Below are positions 46,874 through 55,314 of a stretch of 64,000 nucleotides of DNA, one piece after another. Source of the DNA: a virus (lineage: Duplodnaviria; Caudoviricetes); IMG/VR virus record IMGVR_UViG_3300025372_000001, one strand, 5' to 3'. A model generated the notes under the pieces. It did not search any database. It was not told the DNA's origin and saw nothing but the letters and a program-made list of their open reading frames with translations. Numbering within the stretch: the first letter of the stretch is position 1; the number at the start of each line of letters is the position of its first letter. The translations under genes were made by a program, and so were the position numbers.

Positions 46874-47410
46874 ATGAAGTTTTTAGAATTTGTTAAATTG
46901 ATTCAGGAAGGAAGCGCAATTCGATCCTTTTCTTGTTTAATGTTGGATTGTCAGGACTTATATCTACATATTGCCAAGATACATGAGCAGATTGCTCCAG
47001 AAGATGTTTTTGACGATGAACCGGGACACGGGTACGAATTAGAATCACACGTTACTTGCGCGTATGGATTTTCAGAGACTAAACCTCAAGATGTTATCCC
47101 TAAATTAGACCTTGTTCCTTGTAGATATAAGATCAAGGGATTATCATTATTTGAGAATGAGAAGTTTGATGTTTTGAAATTCGATATTCAATCAGCAGAA
47201 TTGAATAAATTAAATAAACAGATTATGGATAATTTTGATATTACCACTTCGCATAAGGTGTATCATGCCCATCTAACGATTTTTTACGCTAAAAAGGGGA
47301 TGGGTGAAAAATATTTAAAAATTAAATCCCCTTTAATTGGTGAAACTTTTATTTCAAATCGCTACATATTTTCTAATCCAAACAGTGAAAAAGTTTGGAT
47401 AGATGTCTAA
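46874..47410 (+). CDS. 2H phosphodiesterase (Acb1/T4 57B-like) with capsid-targeting-like N-terminus
   Basis: Two HxT motifs (SHVTCAYG, YHAHLTIFY); MKFLEFVKLIQE/G; TAAATA (46861-46866) 7 nt upstream. Confidence 0.8.
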   Translation: MKFLEFVKLIQEGSAIRSFSCLMLDCQDLYLHIAKIHEQIAPEDVFDDEPGHGYELESHVTCAYGFSETKPQDVIPKLDLVPCRYKIKGLSLFENEKFDVLKFDIQSAELNKLNKQIMDNFDITTSHKVYHAHLTIFYAKKGMGEKYLKIKSPLIGETFISNRYIFSNPNSEKVWIDV

Positions 47411-47862
47411 TCCTCTTCCCATCTACTCATCATACGTTTGATTCCTTCAAACGGCACACCATGAGTATTCTTCTCCACGAAAACCTTTACATCTTCATCT
47501 GTAAAGGTTTTATCCTTTAGTCGAGGATGAACGTCTTTAAACCAGGGAGAATCAGGAAAAACAATTTCCACTTCATATCCATATTCCTTGGCAAGATTAT
47601 GATAAACTTGTCGATCTTTTCTAGTTATATTTGTATTAGAAACTACTAAAGGAGTATTACCTATCTCCATAGCTTTCCTTACTTCGGATTGACACCATGC
47701 ATGCGCTTTTCCGATTTTTTCAGGAACGAAAAGATATTCTCCAACACAATTGAGCCAATAGTTATCAGCTTCAAAAATGTTTTCAGGAGCAGCAAGAGTT
47801 TTAGCCTTTGTGGTTTTACCACCACCAGCAGGCGAACATAAACAATACAGTATTTTACTCAT
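47407..47862 (-). CDS. P-loop kinase (AAA_33, polynucleotide-kinase-like)
   Basis: SPAGGGKTT, FEADNY, AHAWCQ, VVSNTN, NTHGVP...RM. Confidence 0.82.
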   Translation of the reverse strand: MSKILYCLCSPAGGGKTTKAKTLAAPENIFEADNYWLNCVGEYLFVPEKIGKAHAWCQSEVRKAMEIGNTPLVVSNTNITRKDRQVYHNLAKEYGYEVEIVFPDSPWFKDVHPRLKDKTFTDEDVKVFVEKNTHGVPFEGIKRMMSRWEED

Positions 47863-48427
47863 TGTTTAAATCCTCTCTAACACTCATTAATACTCGTCCT
47901 AATAGGTTGTGCCCTTGCCATGTAGAAACATCGTGAGCAAGGGGATTATCCGCAGATAGACCGCAAGACCATACTGGATCAACGGGATTTGCTTCGCAAA
48001 GTATTAAATGTCCAGTTGATAACAAATATTCTTTCAATTCTGGATTTTGTTGATATTTGAATTTGTTAATTCTCCGAACAGCAGCAAAGCGTTGTTTAGC
48101 CCAAACTTCTTCATTATAGTTTTTGACTTCTCTGCCCAATCGTTTCTGTTCTTTCGGATGTTTTTCTTTTAGAATTTTATCAGCAGTTTCACAGTCATTG
48201 AATAAACATGCTTTATAATACATCATTGCTTGTTCACAGCAATTGAAGGAAATATTACTAGTAATATCTAAACCATCTAGATATGAATATTGTTTAATAT
48301 CAGGAAAGAATAATCGAGGAATCACTAGTTTATGTTCTTGTCCTTTAAATCCTCCGTACCATTGGCTGAAAATTCCACGGAAGAAGAAAAGTATATTATT
48401 GTGAATAGGATAATCGGGTTTAATCAT
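47855..48427 (-). CDS. NADAR (YbiA-like) ADP-ribosyl glycohydrolase
   Basis: FSQWY, EQAMMYYKA, LGREV, KYQQNPEL, EANPVDPVWSCG, NLLGRVLMSVR. Confidence 0.92.
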   Translation of the reverse strand: MIKPDYPIHNNILFFFRGIFSQWYGGFKGQEHKLVIPRLFFPDIKQYSYLDGLDITSNISFNCCEQAMMYYKACLFNDCETADKILKEKHPKEQKRLGREVKNYNEEVWAKQRFAAVRRINKFKYQQNPELKEYLLSTGHLILCEANPVDPVWSCGLSADNPLAHDVSTWQGHNLLGRVLMSVREDLNNE

Positions 48428-49209
48428 AAAGGTTTTCTATCTTGTATATGATAGGTATCTGCTAATGTTTTATAAATTTTGTTCAAATCTGCACCATAAA
48501 ATGAACTACATTCAAAGCTGTTAATTTCTAGCAAGTATAAACTACCACGACTTTCACAAATATCAATACAAAAATTTGATATATTTTGAAAATAAGTATG
48601 TTTAGCAATTTCTTTAGCAAACCAAATAACATGTTCAGGAATTTCCGAAGAAATAATCAATTCATCATTAACCATATATTGACTACCCGAACAATATTCA
48701 TTATTGATAAAAATGGTTCGCCATTCTTTATGAATGGATTTAACTGGCGACGACATGCATATAATAGATTCTTTAATATTCTTATTCTTTTGAATAAAAT
48801 TATATTCTTCAATCAGTTTATCCTTAGAAGGAAATACTTGTCCTGAAAAGGTTTTGAAGCCATTAGTAGGACGAAGGAACAGAGGGAAATCGAAAGAACT
48901 ATAATGATCAATGAAGAATTTCAAATCGTTGAAATAAGTGTTTTTCGGAGATAATGTGTAGTTACGTAAAGCCGGAAGCCAATGTAATGCATCAAATTCT
49001 TTGAATTTTTTTCCAATATATTTGGCAATATTTAAAGAATAACGTCCAAATAAAGCATGGCGAAGTTTCTCAGGATTAATGCGAGAACTTACAATACTCA
49101 TCATATCAATTTCTCGAATATCGAAATATTGAGAAATGATAGAAGGAGTATCCTGTCGTTCATCCTCGGTAAACAAATCTTTTTCTAAGTAAATTATAGG
49201 TTTATTCAT
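48424..49209 (-). CDS. ATP-grasp ligase (R2K-like)
   Basis: LFLRP...KTFSGQV, EWRTIF, IDI, LLEINS. Confidence 0.8.
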   Translation of the reverse strand: MNKPIIYLEKDLFTEDERQDTPSIISQYFDIREIDMMSIVSSRINPEKLRHALFGRYSLNIAKYIGKKFKEFDALHWLPALRNYTLSPKNTYFNDLKFFIDHYSSFDFPLFLRPTNGFKTFSGQVFPSKDKLIEEYNFIQKNKNIKESIICMSSPVKSIHKEWRTIFINNEYCSGSQYMVNDELIISSEIPEHVIWFAKEIAKHTYFQNISNFCIDICESRGSLYLLEINSFECSSFYGADLNKIYKTLADTYHIQDRKPL

Positions 49210-49212
49210 TGG

Positions 49213-49404
49213 TTAAAAAACGGTAGGTTTAATGTCGGAAAGAACAGCATCTTTTAAATAAAATTCGCCAGTAAAATCTCTATAAATCTCGGTTGAAATT
49301 TCAAATAAAATATCAGTAATATAATTTGAACTAAAAGACCATGTAACCATTTCCTCTCCTTTATAAAGATCAGAATACATTAATATAAAAATGGGAATTT
49401 TCAT
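49213..49404 (-). CDS. Hypothetical protein
   Basis: 63-aa ORF. Confidence 0.5.
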   Translation of the reverse strand: MKIPIFILMYSDLYKGEEMVTWSFSSNYITDILFEISTEIYRDFTGEFYLKDAVLSDIKPTVF

Positions 49405-49406
49405 GG

Positions 49407-49835
49407 TTATTTCATCCAGATATAAGGTTTAACTCCTCCTTTGGAATTGCAAAGCGTAGCGTGAAAATTTTTATCAGGAGGAGGAATATTACAGATTTTA
49501 GCAATGTCGTCTAGTATTTCTCCTCGAACAATTACATACCAATTACGGAAATTCTTAGTAAATCCGCCCATTTTAATAAATGGATCATATTCAAGAGTTA
49601 ACGGAATTCTGCCATATAATCTCCATACTTCATCAAAACTTTCATCAAATACTTTAGTATGTAATTTACTTGAGATTAGGGTTATATGGCTGCCGTGCAT
49701 GGGTAAATTAGAGAATATTTTATATTCTTTATCAACGAATTGTTTATAATATGCAACGAAATCATTCGGAAGTTTAATCCGAATGTTTCCGTTTTCAATT
49801 TCTAATCGTCCTGTTACTGGAAGCCAAGTTTTCAT
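49407..49835 (-). CDS. Second 2H phosphoesterase
   Basis: GSHITL and FHATL motifs. Confidence 0.75.
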   Translation of the reverse strand: MKTWLPVTGRLEIENGNIRIKLPNDFVAYYKQFVDKEYKIFSNLPMHGSHITLISSKLHTKVFDESFDEVWRLYGRIPLTLEYDPFIKMGGFTKNFRNWYVIVRGEILDDIAKICNIPPPDKNFHATLCNSKGGVKPYIWMK

Positions 49836-49836
49836 T

Positions 49837-50601
49837 TTAATGATGATCCAATTTTAGACTAATCTTATGTTTCATAATTTCATTAATTTCTTCGATGGTG
49901 AAGAAGCATGTTCCATTATATTTCTTTGCATTATCAACACCAACATCTAGAATTCTACCTTGGGTATCTTCTGGTTGCGAATCTATTAAATTACCATGGC
50001 TATGCCCATGGATCATATAGGAGTGCTCATATGACATTGTAGGCCAAATAGGAGCAACTATATGCCTCCCATAATAGAAATGATTTCCAATATTAAAGGT
50101 AGCAGATTCCCCCATAAAAGTGATATTATGTTGCATTTTTCTATCCAACTTTTCAGAAGGATGAACAATACCCACTTCTTCTCCTTTTTCAAAAATAGAT
50201 AAAGGATATAATTCGATGAAACGCTTTCTGGTATTTATAATAGGCGACAATTCTTCTGTTACTCCTAATTCATGCCAAAACTTATGCAATGCTTCCCAAT
50301 AAATTTTAGAAGTAAAAGAACAATGATTTCCCCAAATCAAGAGATGTCTTGCCTTAATATTATTAATAATTTCTTTAGTATCTTCCACAGAAGACATTAG
50401 AGTAAAATCGCCTAGATTAATTAGAAGATCATCCTCTGTCAGAGAATATAATTGATCAAGAATCCATTTATCATGTTCTTGAATAGTGTTGAATCCTCTT
50501 GCTTGGACAATCCAAGGACGATTATGACGGATGTGTAAATCTGAACACAGATATATGTTTTTATAATCGTTTCGGTTAATTTTATATGGTTTATCGTTCA
50601 T
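49837..50601 (-). CDS. Calcineurin-like metallophosphoesterase
   Basis: CSDLHIRH, LGDF, WGNH, HGHSH, DVGVD. Confidence 0.88.
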   Translation of the reverse strand: MNDKPYKINRNDYKNIYLCSDLHIRHNRPWIVQARGFNTIQEHDKWILDQLYSLTEDDLLINLGDFTLMSSVEDTKEIINNIKARHLLIWGNHCSFTSKIYWEALHKFWHELGVTEELSPIINTRKRFIELYPLSIFEKGEEVGIVHPSEKLDRKMQHNITFMGESATFNIGNHFYYGRHIVAPIWPTMSYEHSYMIHGHSHGNLIDSQPEDTQGRILDVGVDNAKKYNGTCFFTIEEINEIMKHKISLKLDHH

Positions 50602-50612
50602 GATATATTCAT

Positions 50613-50677
50613 ATTATAACATAATTCATCCTCATGTCAAACCATCTCTTGACATTTTCATCTCTTTATAGTAATAT
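50613..50677. promoter_or_regulatory. Back-to-back divergent sigma70-like promoters
   Basis: Minus strand: TTGACA (50635-50640)-N16-TATAAT (50613-50618). Plus strand: TTGACA (50649-50654)-N17-TAATAT (50672-50677). Confidence 0.75.
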
Positions 50678-50683
50678 AATAAT

Positions 50684-50866
50684 ATGAACGGCAAAGGGTC
50701 AAAACCGAGAAAAGGTGCAAACAATCAAGCATATTACAACAATTATGATTCCATTTTTCGTAAACCGAAGGAATTAACACAAGAAGAAAAAGATGAAATG
50801 GAAGAGAATAAAGCTTCTATGAGTCATTCCGAATTTGTTAAAATAAGTAAAAGAAATGAATACTAA
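50684..50866 (+). CDS. Small hypothetical protein
   Basis: MNGKGSKPR...YDSIFRK, a frequent phage motif. Confidence 0.65.
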   Translation: MNGKGSKPRKGANNQAYYNNYDSIFRKPKELTQEEKDEMEENKASMSHSEFVKISKRNEY

Positions 50867-51164
50867 TATTGACAGATATAATGCTGAAACCAAAAAATAT
50901 GAAAATAATAAAGAGGTTTCCGATTTCTTTAAAGATATTTTAAAAGTTATTGATAAGCATAAATTAACGATTGCACATGAAGATGTTCATGGAGCATTTG
51001 TGGTGGTTCCTGCAAATAAACCTGATGTAGATTGGTTATTAAATGCAACATTTAATTTCGGTAAACATAAACCAAATAAGAAAAAAGTGGATAAGCCCGA
51101 AATTCCTAAGATTGATAAGAGAGTAAAGTTTAAATTTTATAAACCAAAAGAAAAAGAGAAATAA
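50856..51164 (+). CDS. Hypothetical protein with basic tail
   Basis: 102-aa ORF. Confidence 0.6.
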   Translation: MNTNIDRYNAETKKYENNKEVSDFFKDILKVIDKHKLTIAHEDVHGAFVVVPANKPDVDWLLNATFNFGKHKPNKKKVDKPEIPKIDKRVKFKFYKPKEKEK

Positions 51165-51165
51165 T

Positions 51166-51194
51166 TTGATTCTAATATAACAATAGCTTAACTT
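51166..51194 (+). promoter_or_regulatory. Sigma70-like promoter TTGATT-N17-TAACTT
   Basis: -10 ends 8 nt before ATG 51203. Confidence 0.5.
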
Positions 51195-51202
51195 ACCTTT
51201 CA

Positions 51203-51832
51203 ATGAAAAACATCACAGACATTAACATTCTCGTAGACAGAAGCGGTTCAATGACATCAATCGCAAAAGATATGATTGGTGGTTTAATCACCTTTATTCA
51301 AACTCAGCGCGAACTGAAACAAGAAGCAAATATTTCTTATTATCTATTCGATGACCAATATGAAGTAGTATTTGAGAATAAACCTCTAGCAGAAGTGAAA
51401 GATTCTGATGTAACATTGGTTCCCCGTGGATGGACTGCATTGATTGATTCTCTAGGTAAAACCATTAATACAGTGGGAGAACGACTTAGTAAATTGCCCG
51501 AAGAAGATCGTCCTAATCGTGTTCTTATTGTAACTATCACTGATGGAGCAGATAATAGGTCTAAAGAGTTTACTAATGCAAAACTTAAAGAAATGATTCA
51601 ACATCAACGAGATGTATATGCATGGGACTTCGTGTTTCTTGGAGCAAATATTGATTCGTTCTCTACTGGTGGAAGTATCGGTATTACCAAAGGTTCCACT
51701 ATGAATTATTCTGCTGATAGCGCGGGAGTTTGTGTAGCATTCGAATCTCTCACAAGAGACTTTAGTAGTTATTCTGCTTTAGATCGAACTAAAGATCGTC
51801 GTTCCACCTTTGAATTCACAGAAACTAAGTAA
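51203..51832 (+). CDS. vWA (MIDAS) domain protein
   Basis: LVDRSGSM, WTALID, ITDGADN.S, FVFLGAN. Confidence 0.88.
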   Translation: MKNITDINILVDRSGSMTSIAKDMIGGLITFIQTQRELKQEANISYYLFDDQYEVVFENKPLAEVKDSDVTLVPRGWTALIDSLGKTINTVGERLSKLPEEDRPNRVLIVTITDGADNRSKEFTNAKLKEMIQHQRDVYAWDFVFLGANIDSFSTGGSIGITKGSTMNYSADSAGVCVAFESLTRDFSSYSALDRTKDRRSTFEFTETK

Positions 51833-51850
51833 ACTTATAAATATAACAAC

Positions 51851-52528
51851 ATGAGAATTGGAATTGTCGGAACACAAAGCAACGGAAAAACCACATTAGT
51901 TCAAGCCATTAAACAAATTTGGCCTAACTATAAAGTAATCGAAGGAAAATATCGTCAATATGTCACCGAACACCGTGACGAATTAAATCAAAACGGAACA
52001 CTTGAAACTCAAAAGAAATTACGTGATTTTCTTTGTGATGATGCCATTGATAACTCTTCTGAAAAATATACAGTAACAGATCGAACCATTCTAGATAATG
52101 TAGTTTATACTCTTTGGTTAGGCGGAAAAGATAAGTTAACTGATGATGAATTTATTTCCACTTCGATTAATATTTGTCGAGAAACTATTAAGATGTATGA
52201 TCTTATTCTTTGGCTTCCTTTAAATGAAGATATTCTATTGACAGAGGAAAAGGTTAATCGGGATTTAGATGCAACATATCGAGAAGAGATTGATTATATT
52301 TTTCAAGCAGTATATGATGGATATTTGAAGCATGATGGTATTTTATTTGATGTAAACGATCAACCGCCAATGATTCCATTGATGGGGGATTTATCAGAAA
52401 AGATTGCTACATTGAAAGAATATATTGATGAAAACGGGGATTCGATTGTGACAGAGCAATCCGTGTTAGCAGGATTGGAAGATATTTACGATAAAGCTGC
52501 ATTATTTAAACAATTAAGTGGAAAGTAG
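51851..52528 (+). CDS. P-loop nucleoside/nucleotide kinase (AAA_28/dNMP-kinase-like)
   Basis: GTQSNGKTTL, DRTILD, YDLI; TATAAATA (51836-51843) 7 nt upstream. Confidence 0.8.
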   Translation: MRIGIVGTQSNGKTTLVQAIKQIWPNYKVIEGKYRQYVTEHRDELNQNGTLETQKKLRDFLCDDAIDNSSEKYTVTDRTILDNVVYTLWLGGKDKLTDDEFISTSINICRETIKMYDLILWLPLNEDILLTEEKVNRDLDATYREEIDYIFQAVYDGYLKHDGILFDVNDQPPMIPLMGDLSEKIATLKEYIDENGDSIVTEQSVLAGLEDIYDKAALFKQLSGK

Positions 52529-52567
52529 TTGAATGAGACATAACATCAATGGTAAATAATTGGTGTT

Positions 52568-52768
52568 ATGCAATTTCTAAATCCTGCTCAATCCCGTGTC
52601 CTATTATGCTGCCGTGCCGGTTCATGCCCCATTGTTGAACGTGTAGATGATAAAGAGTTTACCATTACTGATGATTATAATGGTAAAGTCCGAATCACTC
52701 ACGAAGAAATGGGTATTCTGAAACGAACCATTGAACACTTTGAATCCAAAGGTGAACTGTCAGTTTAA
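52568..52768 (+). CDS. Small Cys-containing protein
   Basis: LLCCRAGSCP; TAAATA 9 nt upstream. Confidence 0.65.
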   Translation: MQFLNPAQSRVLLCCRAGSCPIVERVDDKEFTITDDYNGKVRITHEEMGILKRTIEHFESKGELSV

Positions 52769-52795
52769 AATAAATTAAAATAAAGATTAAATCAA

Positions 52796-52841
52796 AGCCG
52801 CCCCGCCTCTTCAAGAATGCGTAATTGGGCGGCTCTTTTTT
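52796..52841 (+). terminator. GC-rich stem with internal hairpin and U-tract (module 1; terminator and/or sRNA 3' end)
   Basis: GCCGCCC-CGC-CTCTTCAAGAAT-GCG-TAATT-GGGCGGC-TCTTTTTT. Confidence 0.8.
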
Positions 52842-52842
52842 G

Positions 52843-52931
52843 TTGATTTTAGTATCATTCTGTGGTAAATAATACTTAACAATACCCCCGACGGCTCTTC
52901 ATATCCGCACCACCGGGGGTTACTCTTTTTT
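52843..52931 (+). ncRNA. Candidate ~55-nt small RNA gene (module 2) with its own promoter and terminator
   Basis: TTGATT-N17-TAAATA (52843-52871), then CCCCCG-A-CGG-CTCTTCATAT-CCG-CACCAC-CGGGGG-TTACTCTTTTTT; no ORF. Confidence 0.55.
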
Positions 52932-52932
52932 G

Positions 52933-52960
52933 TTGACAGATGATTGTTTTGGGTTAAAGT
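52933..52960 (+). promoter_or_regulatory. Sigma70-like promoter TTGACA-N16-TAAAGT fused to the preceding U-tract
   Basis: -10 ends 5 nt before ATG 52966. Confidence 0.65.
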
Positions 52961-52965
52961 GGAGT

Positions 52966-53304
52966 ATGGAAACGCTCACAAGAAAACAGGCAATCAATAT
53001 TTTACGTTCAAATAAATGGAAATATTGTGGGTGTGAAACCGTATCACAAGATGATATTTGGTCGATTTTTTATGATGGTGTTCTAGTCGAACCCACTTTA
53101 TATTTTAAGTATAAAGGGGTATCAGTAGGAGATTTCCGGTTAAAAACGACAGGTTGGTTTATTTTTAAGAAACTTGCTCCCGACGATGAATTATATATTG
53201 AATATTTAGCGGTTCTAACTGAAATTGAACAGGAAAAAGACGATCAACGAATTGCCAAGAGGAATCAAATGCTAAAAGAAATCGAACAAACTTATTTTAG
53301 ATAA
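52966..53304 (+). CDS. Hypothetical protein; start revised to METLTRK at 52966
   Basis: The track's upstream TTG start falls within the promoter. Confidence 0.65.
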   Translation: METLTRKQAINILRSNKWKYCGCETVSQDDIWSIFYDGVLVEPTLYFKYKGVSVGDFRLKTTGWFIFKKLAPDDELYIEYLAVLTEIEQEKDDQRIAKRNQMLKEIEQTYFR

Positions 53305-53307
53305 TTT

Positions 53308-53589
53308 ATGGACAAAACCAAATTAAATTTCTTCACTGTTGAAGAAATGACAACACCAAAGGAAGGATACGTATGCTATCTCAATAGACATTGGTGTTTA
53401 TCAGAAGATAGTAGAATTATATGCTATAAAACCTATTCATGGCAATGTAATCCAAACGAGAAAATAGCTAAACAAATTTCTAAGAAATTGTACAGTGGCA
53501 ATACTATATTTCTTCCTATTGCATATGTTCCAAATGAATTCATGGAAACTTATAATCAGCCTTGTTATCCGTCTTGTTATCAACCGTAA
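53308..53589 (+). CDS. Hypothetical protein
   Basis: 93-aa ORF. Confidence 0.6.
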   Translation: MDKTKLNFFTVEEMTTPKEGYVCYLNRHWCLSEDSRIICYKTYSWQCNPNEKIAKQISKKLYSGNTIFLPIAYVPNEFMETYNQPCYPSCYQP

Positions 53590-53595
53590 TCAATT

Positions 53596-54600
53596 ATGGC
53601 TAAATCTACCATCATTTCAAATTTAGAAGAACTTTATAAGCCTCTTGATAATAAATGGGTCAGTCAAAACTCTCTTGTTATCAACTATGCAAAAGGCGCA
53701 GGATTATCAGTAGGAGGATCAATTGCAATGGCTATTTCTAATAGAAAGCCTCATAAGATTCCTGGTGATTTTGATTTCTTTACAGATGATAATGAAAAAT
53801 CTTTGAAATTTATTCAAAATATTATTTTCTGGTTATCTCAAAGAGCAAATACTCATTATAAGATTCAGTTTAATACCAAGACTGAATTTACTCTTCCTGG
53901 TGTTTCGCATCATGTTAGAATTACTGTTCCTTTTTGGAAACCGATTTGTGTAATGACATTAGAAAATCCAATTAGATCATTCTTCTATCACGGACTGAAA
54001 GTTCAGTATTTCGATGATGTCGTTCAAGCAGCAAAAGAAGCAACTGCAAAAGATGGAAAGAAAAGAATTACTTTTGATGAAGAAGAGGCGAAAAAGAATA
54101 TTAGAGCGCGGTATTGTGAAAGAGGAACATACGACATAAACAATGATAGTACTTCTCCGATTAGAGAGAATTCAACTCCTTCTAGGAGGTTAGCTACTAG
54201 ATGGGCAGAAGAACTAGCACAAGATATTGAAAGAGTATATGATCCATTAACCGGAGATTTGCAAGGAGTGGCGACTAATAATATAGTTGATTGGAATCAG
54301 GAGTATCGCGCAATTCCTGCCATTTCTTCAAGAGTTGACGAAGATAATTTCTATTCGTCTATTGAAGCAGCATCAAATAGGATTAATGAAGCAAGAAGAA
54401 ATGGTCCTGCTATAGAATTTCCGACAATAGATAATACTCAACTAGAAAGATGTGAAAATGATGCTCCCGACACATCATTACCCACCGGGACAGCATATTT
54501 TCCAACAATAAATCAAGACAATAATCTATATTCGAGAATAGTTATACCGGCCAACAGACTTAATGCAGCAAGAAGAGGTGAAGATAATTTAACTTCCTAA
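53596..54600 (+). CDS. Putative pol-beta-fold nucleotidyltransferase with low-complexity repetitive tail
   Basis: VGGSIAMA...IPGDFDFFT (GGS...DxD). Confidence 0.6.
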   Translation: MAKSTIISNLEELYKPLDNKWVSQNSLVINYAKGAGLSVGGSIAMAISNRKPHKIPGDFDFFTDDNEKSLKFIQNIIFWLSQRANTHYKIQFNTKTEFTLPGVSHHVRITVPFWKPICVMTLENPIRSFFYHGLKVQYFDDVVQAAKEATAKDGKKRITFDEEEAKKNIRARYCERGTYDINNDSTSPIRENSTPSRRLATRWAEELAQDIERVYDPLTGDLQGVATNNIVDWNQEYRAIPAISSRVDEDNFYSSIEAASNRINEARRNGPAIEFPTIDNTQLERCENDAPDTSLPTGTAYFPTINQDNNLYSRIVIPANRLNAARRGEDNLTS

Positions 54601-55314
54601 CTTTTCGATTTCTCCAACAACAAATTTACAAAATTCACTTCTTTTAATATCTTCGACACTGAATTGTCTGCAATAGATACCAAAACTTTGTGCTCTTTCT
54701 GTATCGAAAATTTTATTAAATTTAAGAATATCTTGTTGAACCGCTTTTGATTTTAAATCAGATTGTTTAGGATCATAAATAAAGATAATCTTTGATTTCT
54801 CTCCAATTCTAGTAATTAAACTGGTTAAACTATGTAGATCAAGATTTTGGGCTTCATCAACAATAACTAAGGCATTTTTCATGGTTTTACCCCGAATAAA
54901 TGATGTAGAAATAGTCATTAGCTTTCCTTCTGCAAAGAGATTCTTAGTTTGTTCTTCTGTAAGAATTTGATCTAAGGTATCATATAGAACTTCCATATAA
55001 GGAGCTTCTTTATCAGAAAGTGTTCCCGGTAAGAAACCCATTGGATTGTGAGAGGCTTCAACAATACTTCTAACATAAATGACTTTTTCAATTAAGTTTT
55101 GTTGTAGAAGAAGTAAACCAGCAAAAATGGTTAAATGGGTTTTACCTGTTCCCGGTTTTCCCGCAATAAAGACAGATTTGGTAGAGTCTTCTCTAATTAG
55201 ATCAATTATCTCTTGTTGTTTTTCCGTCCATTGAAACGGTTCAGATAATAATAGATCGCTTTTATATTTTTTACCCTTGATGCCTGACTTTCTGCGGTGG
55301 TATTGTGTTGCCAT
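54589..55314 (-). CDS. phoH: PhoH family ATPase
   Basis: TEKQ, GKPGTGKTHL, RSIVE, GFLPG, FIRGKT, VDEAQNL, TRIG, Q.D. Confidence 0.95.
   Translation of the reverse strand: MATQYHRRKSGIKGKKYKSDLLLSEPFQWTEKQQEIIDLIREDSTKSVFIAGKPGTGKTHLTIFAGLLLLQQNLIEKVIYVRSIVEASHNPMGFLPGTLSDKEAPYMEVLYDTLDQILTEEQTKNLFAEGKLMTISTSFIRGKTMKNALVIVDEAQNLDLHSLTSLITRIGEKSKIIFIYDPKQSDLKSKAVQQDILKFNKIFDTERAQSFGIYCRQFSVEDIKRSEFCKFVVGEIEKLGS

Noticed and set aside
52796-52931. tRNA genes or a CRISPR array
   Set aside because: No cloverleaf, T-loop or CCA end; only two units with non-identical stems and no repeat-spacer pattern or cas genes.
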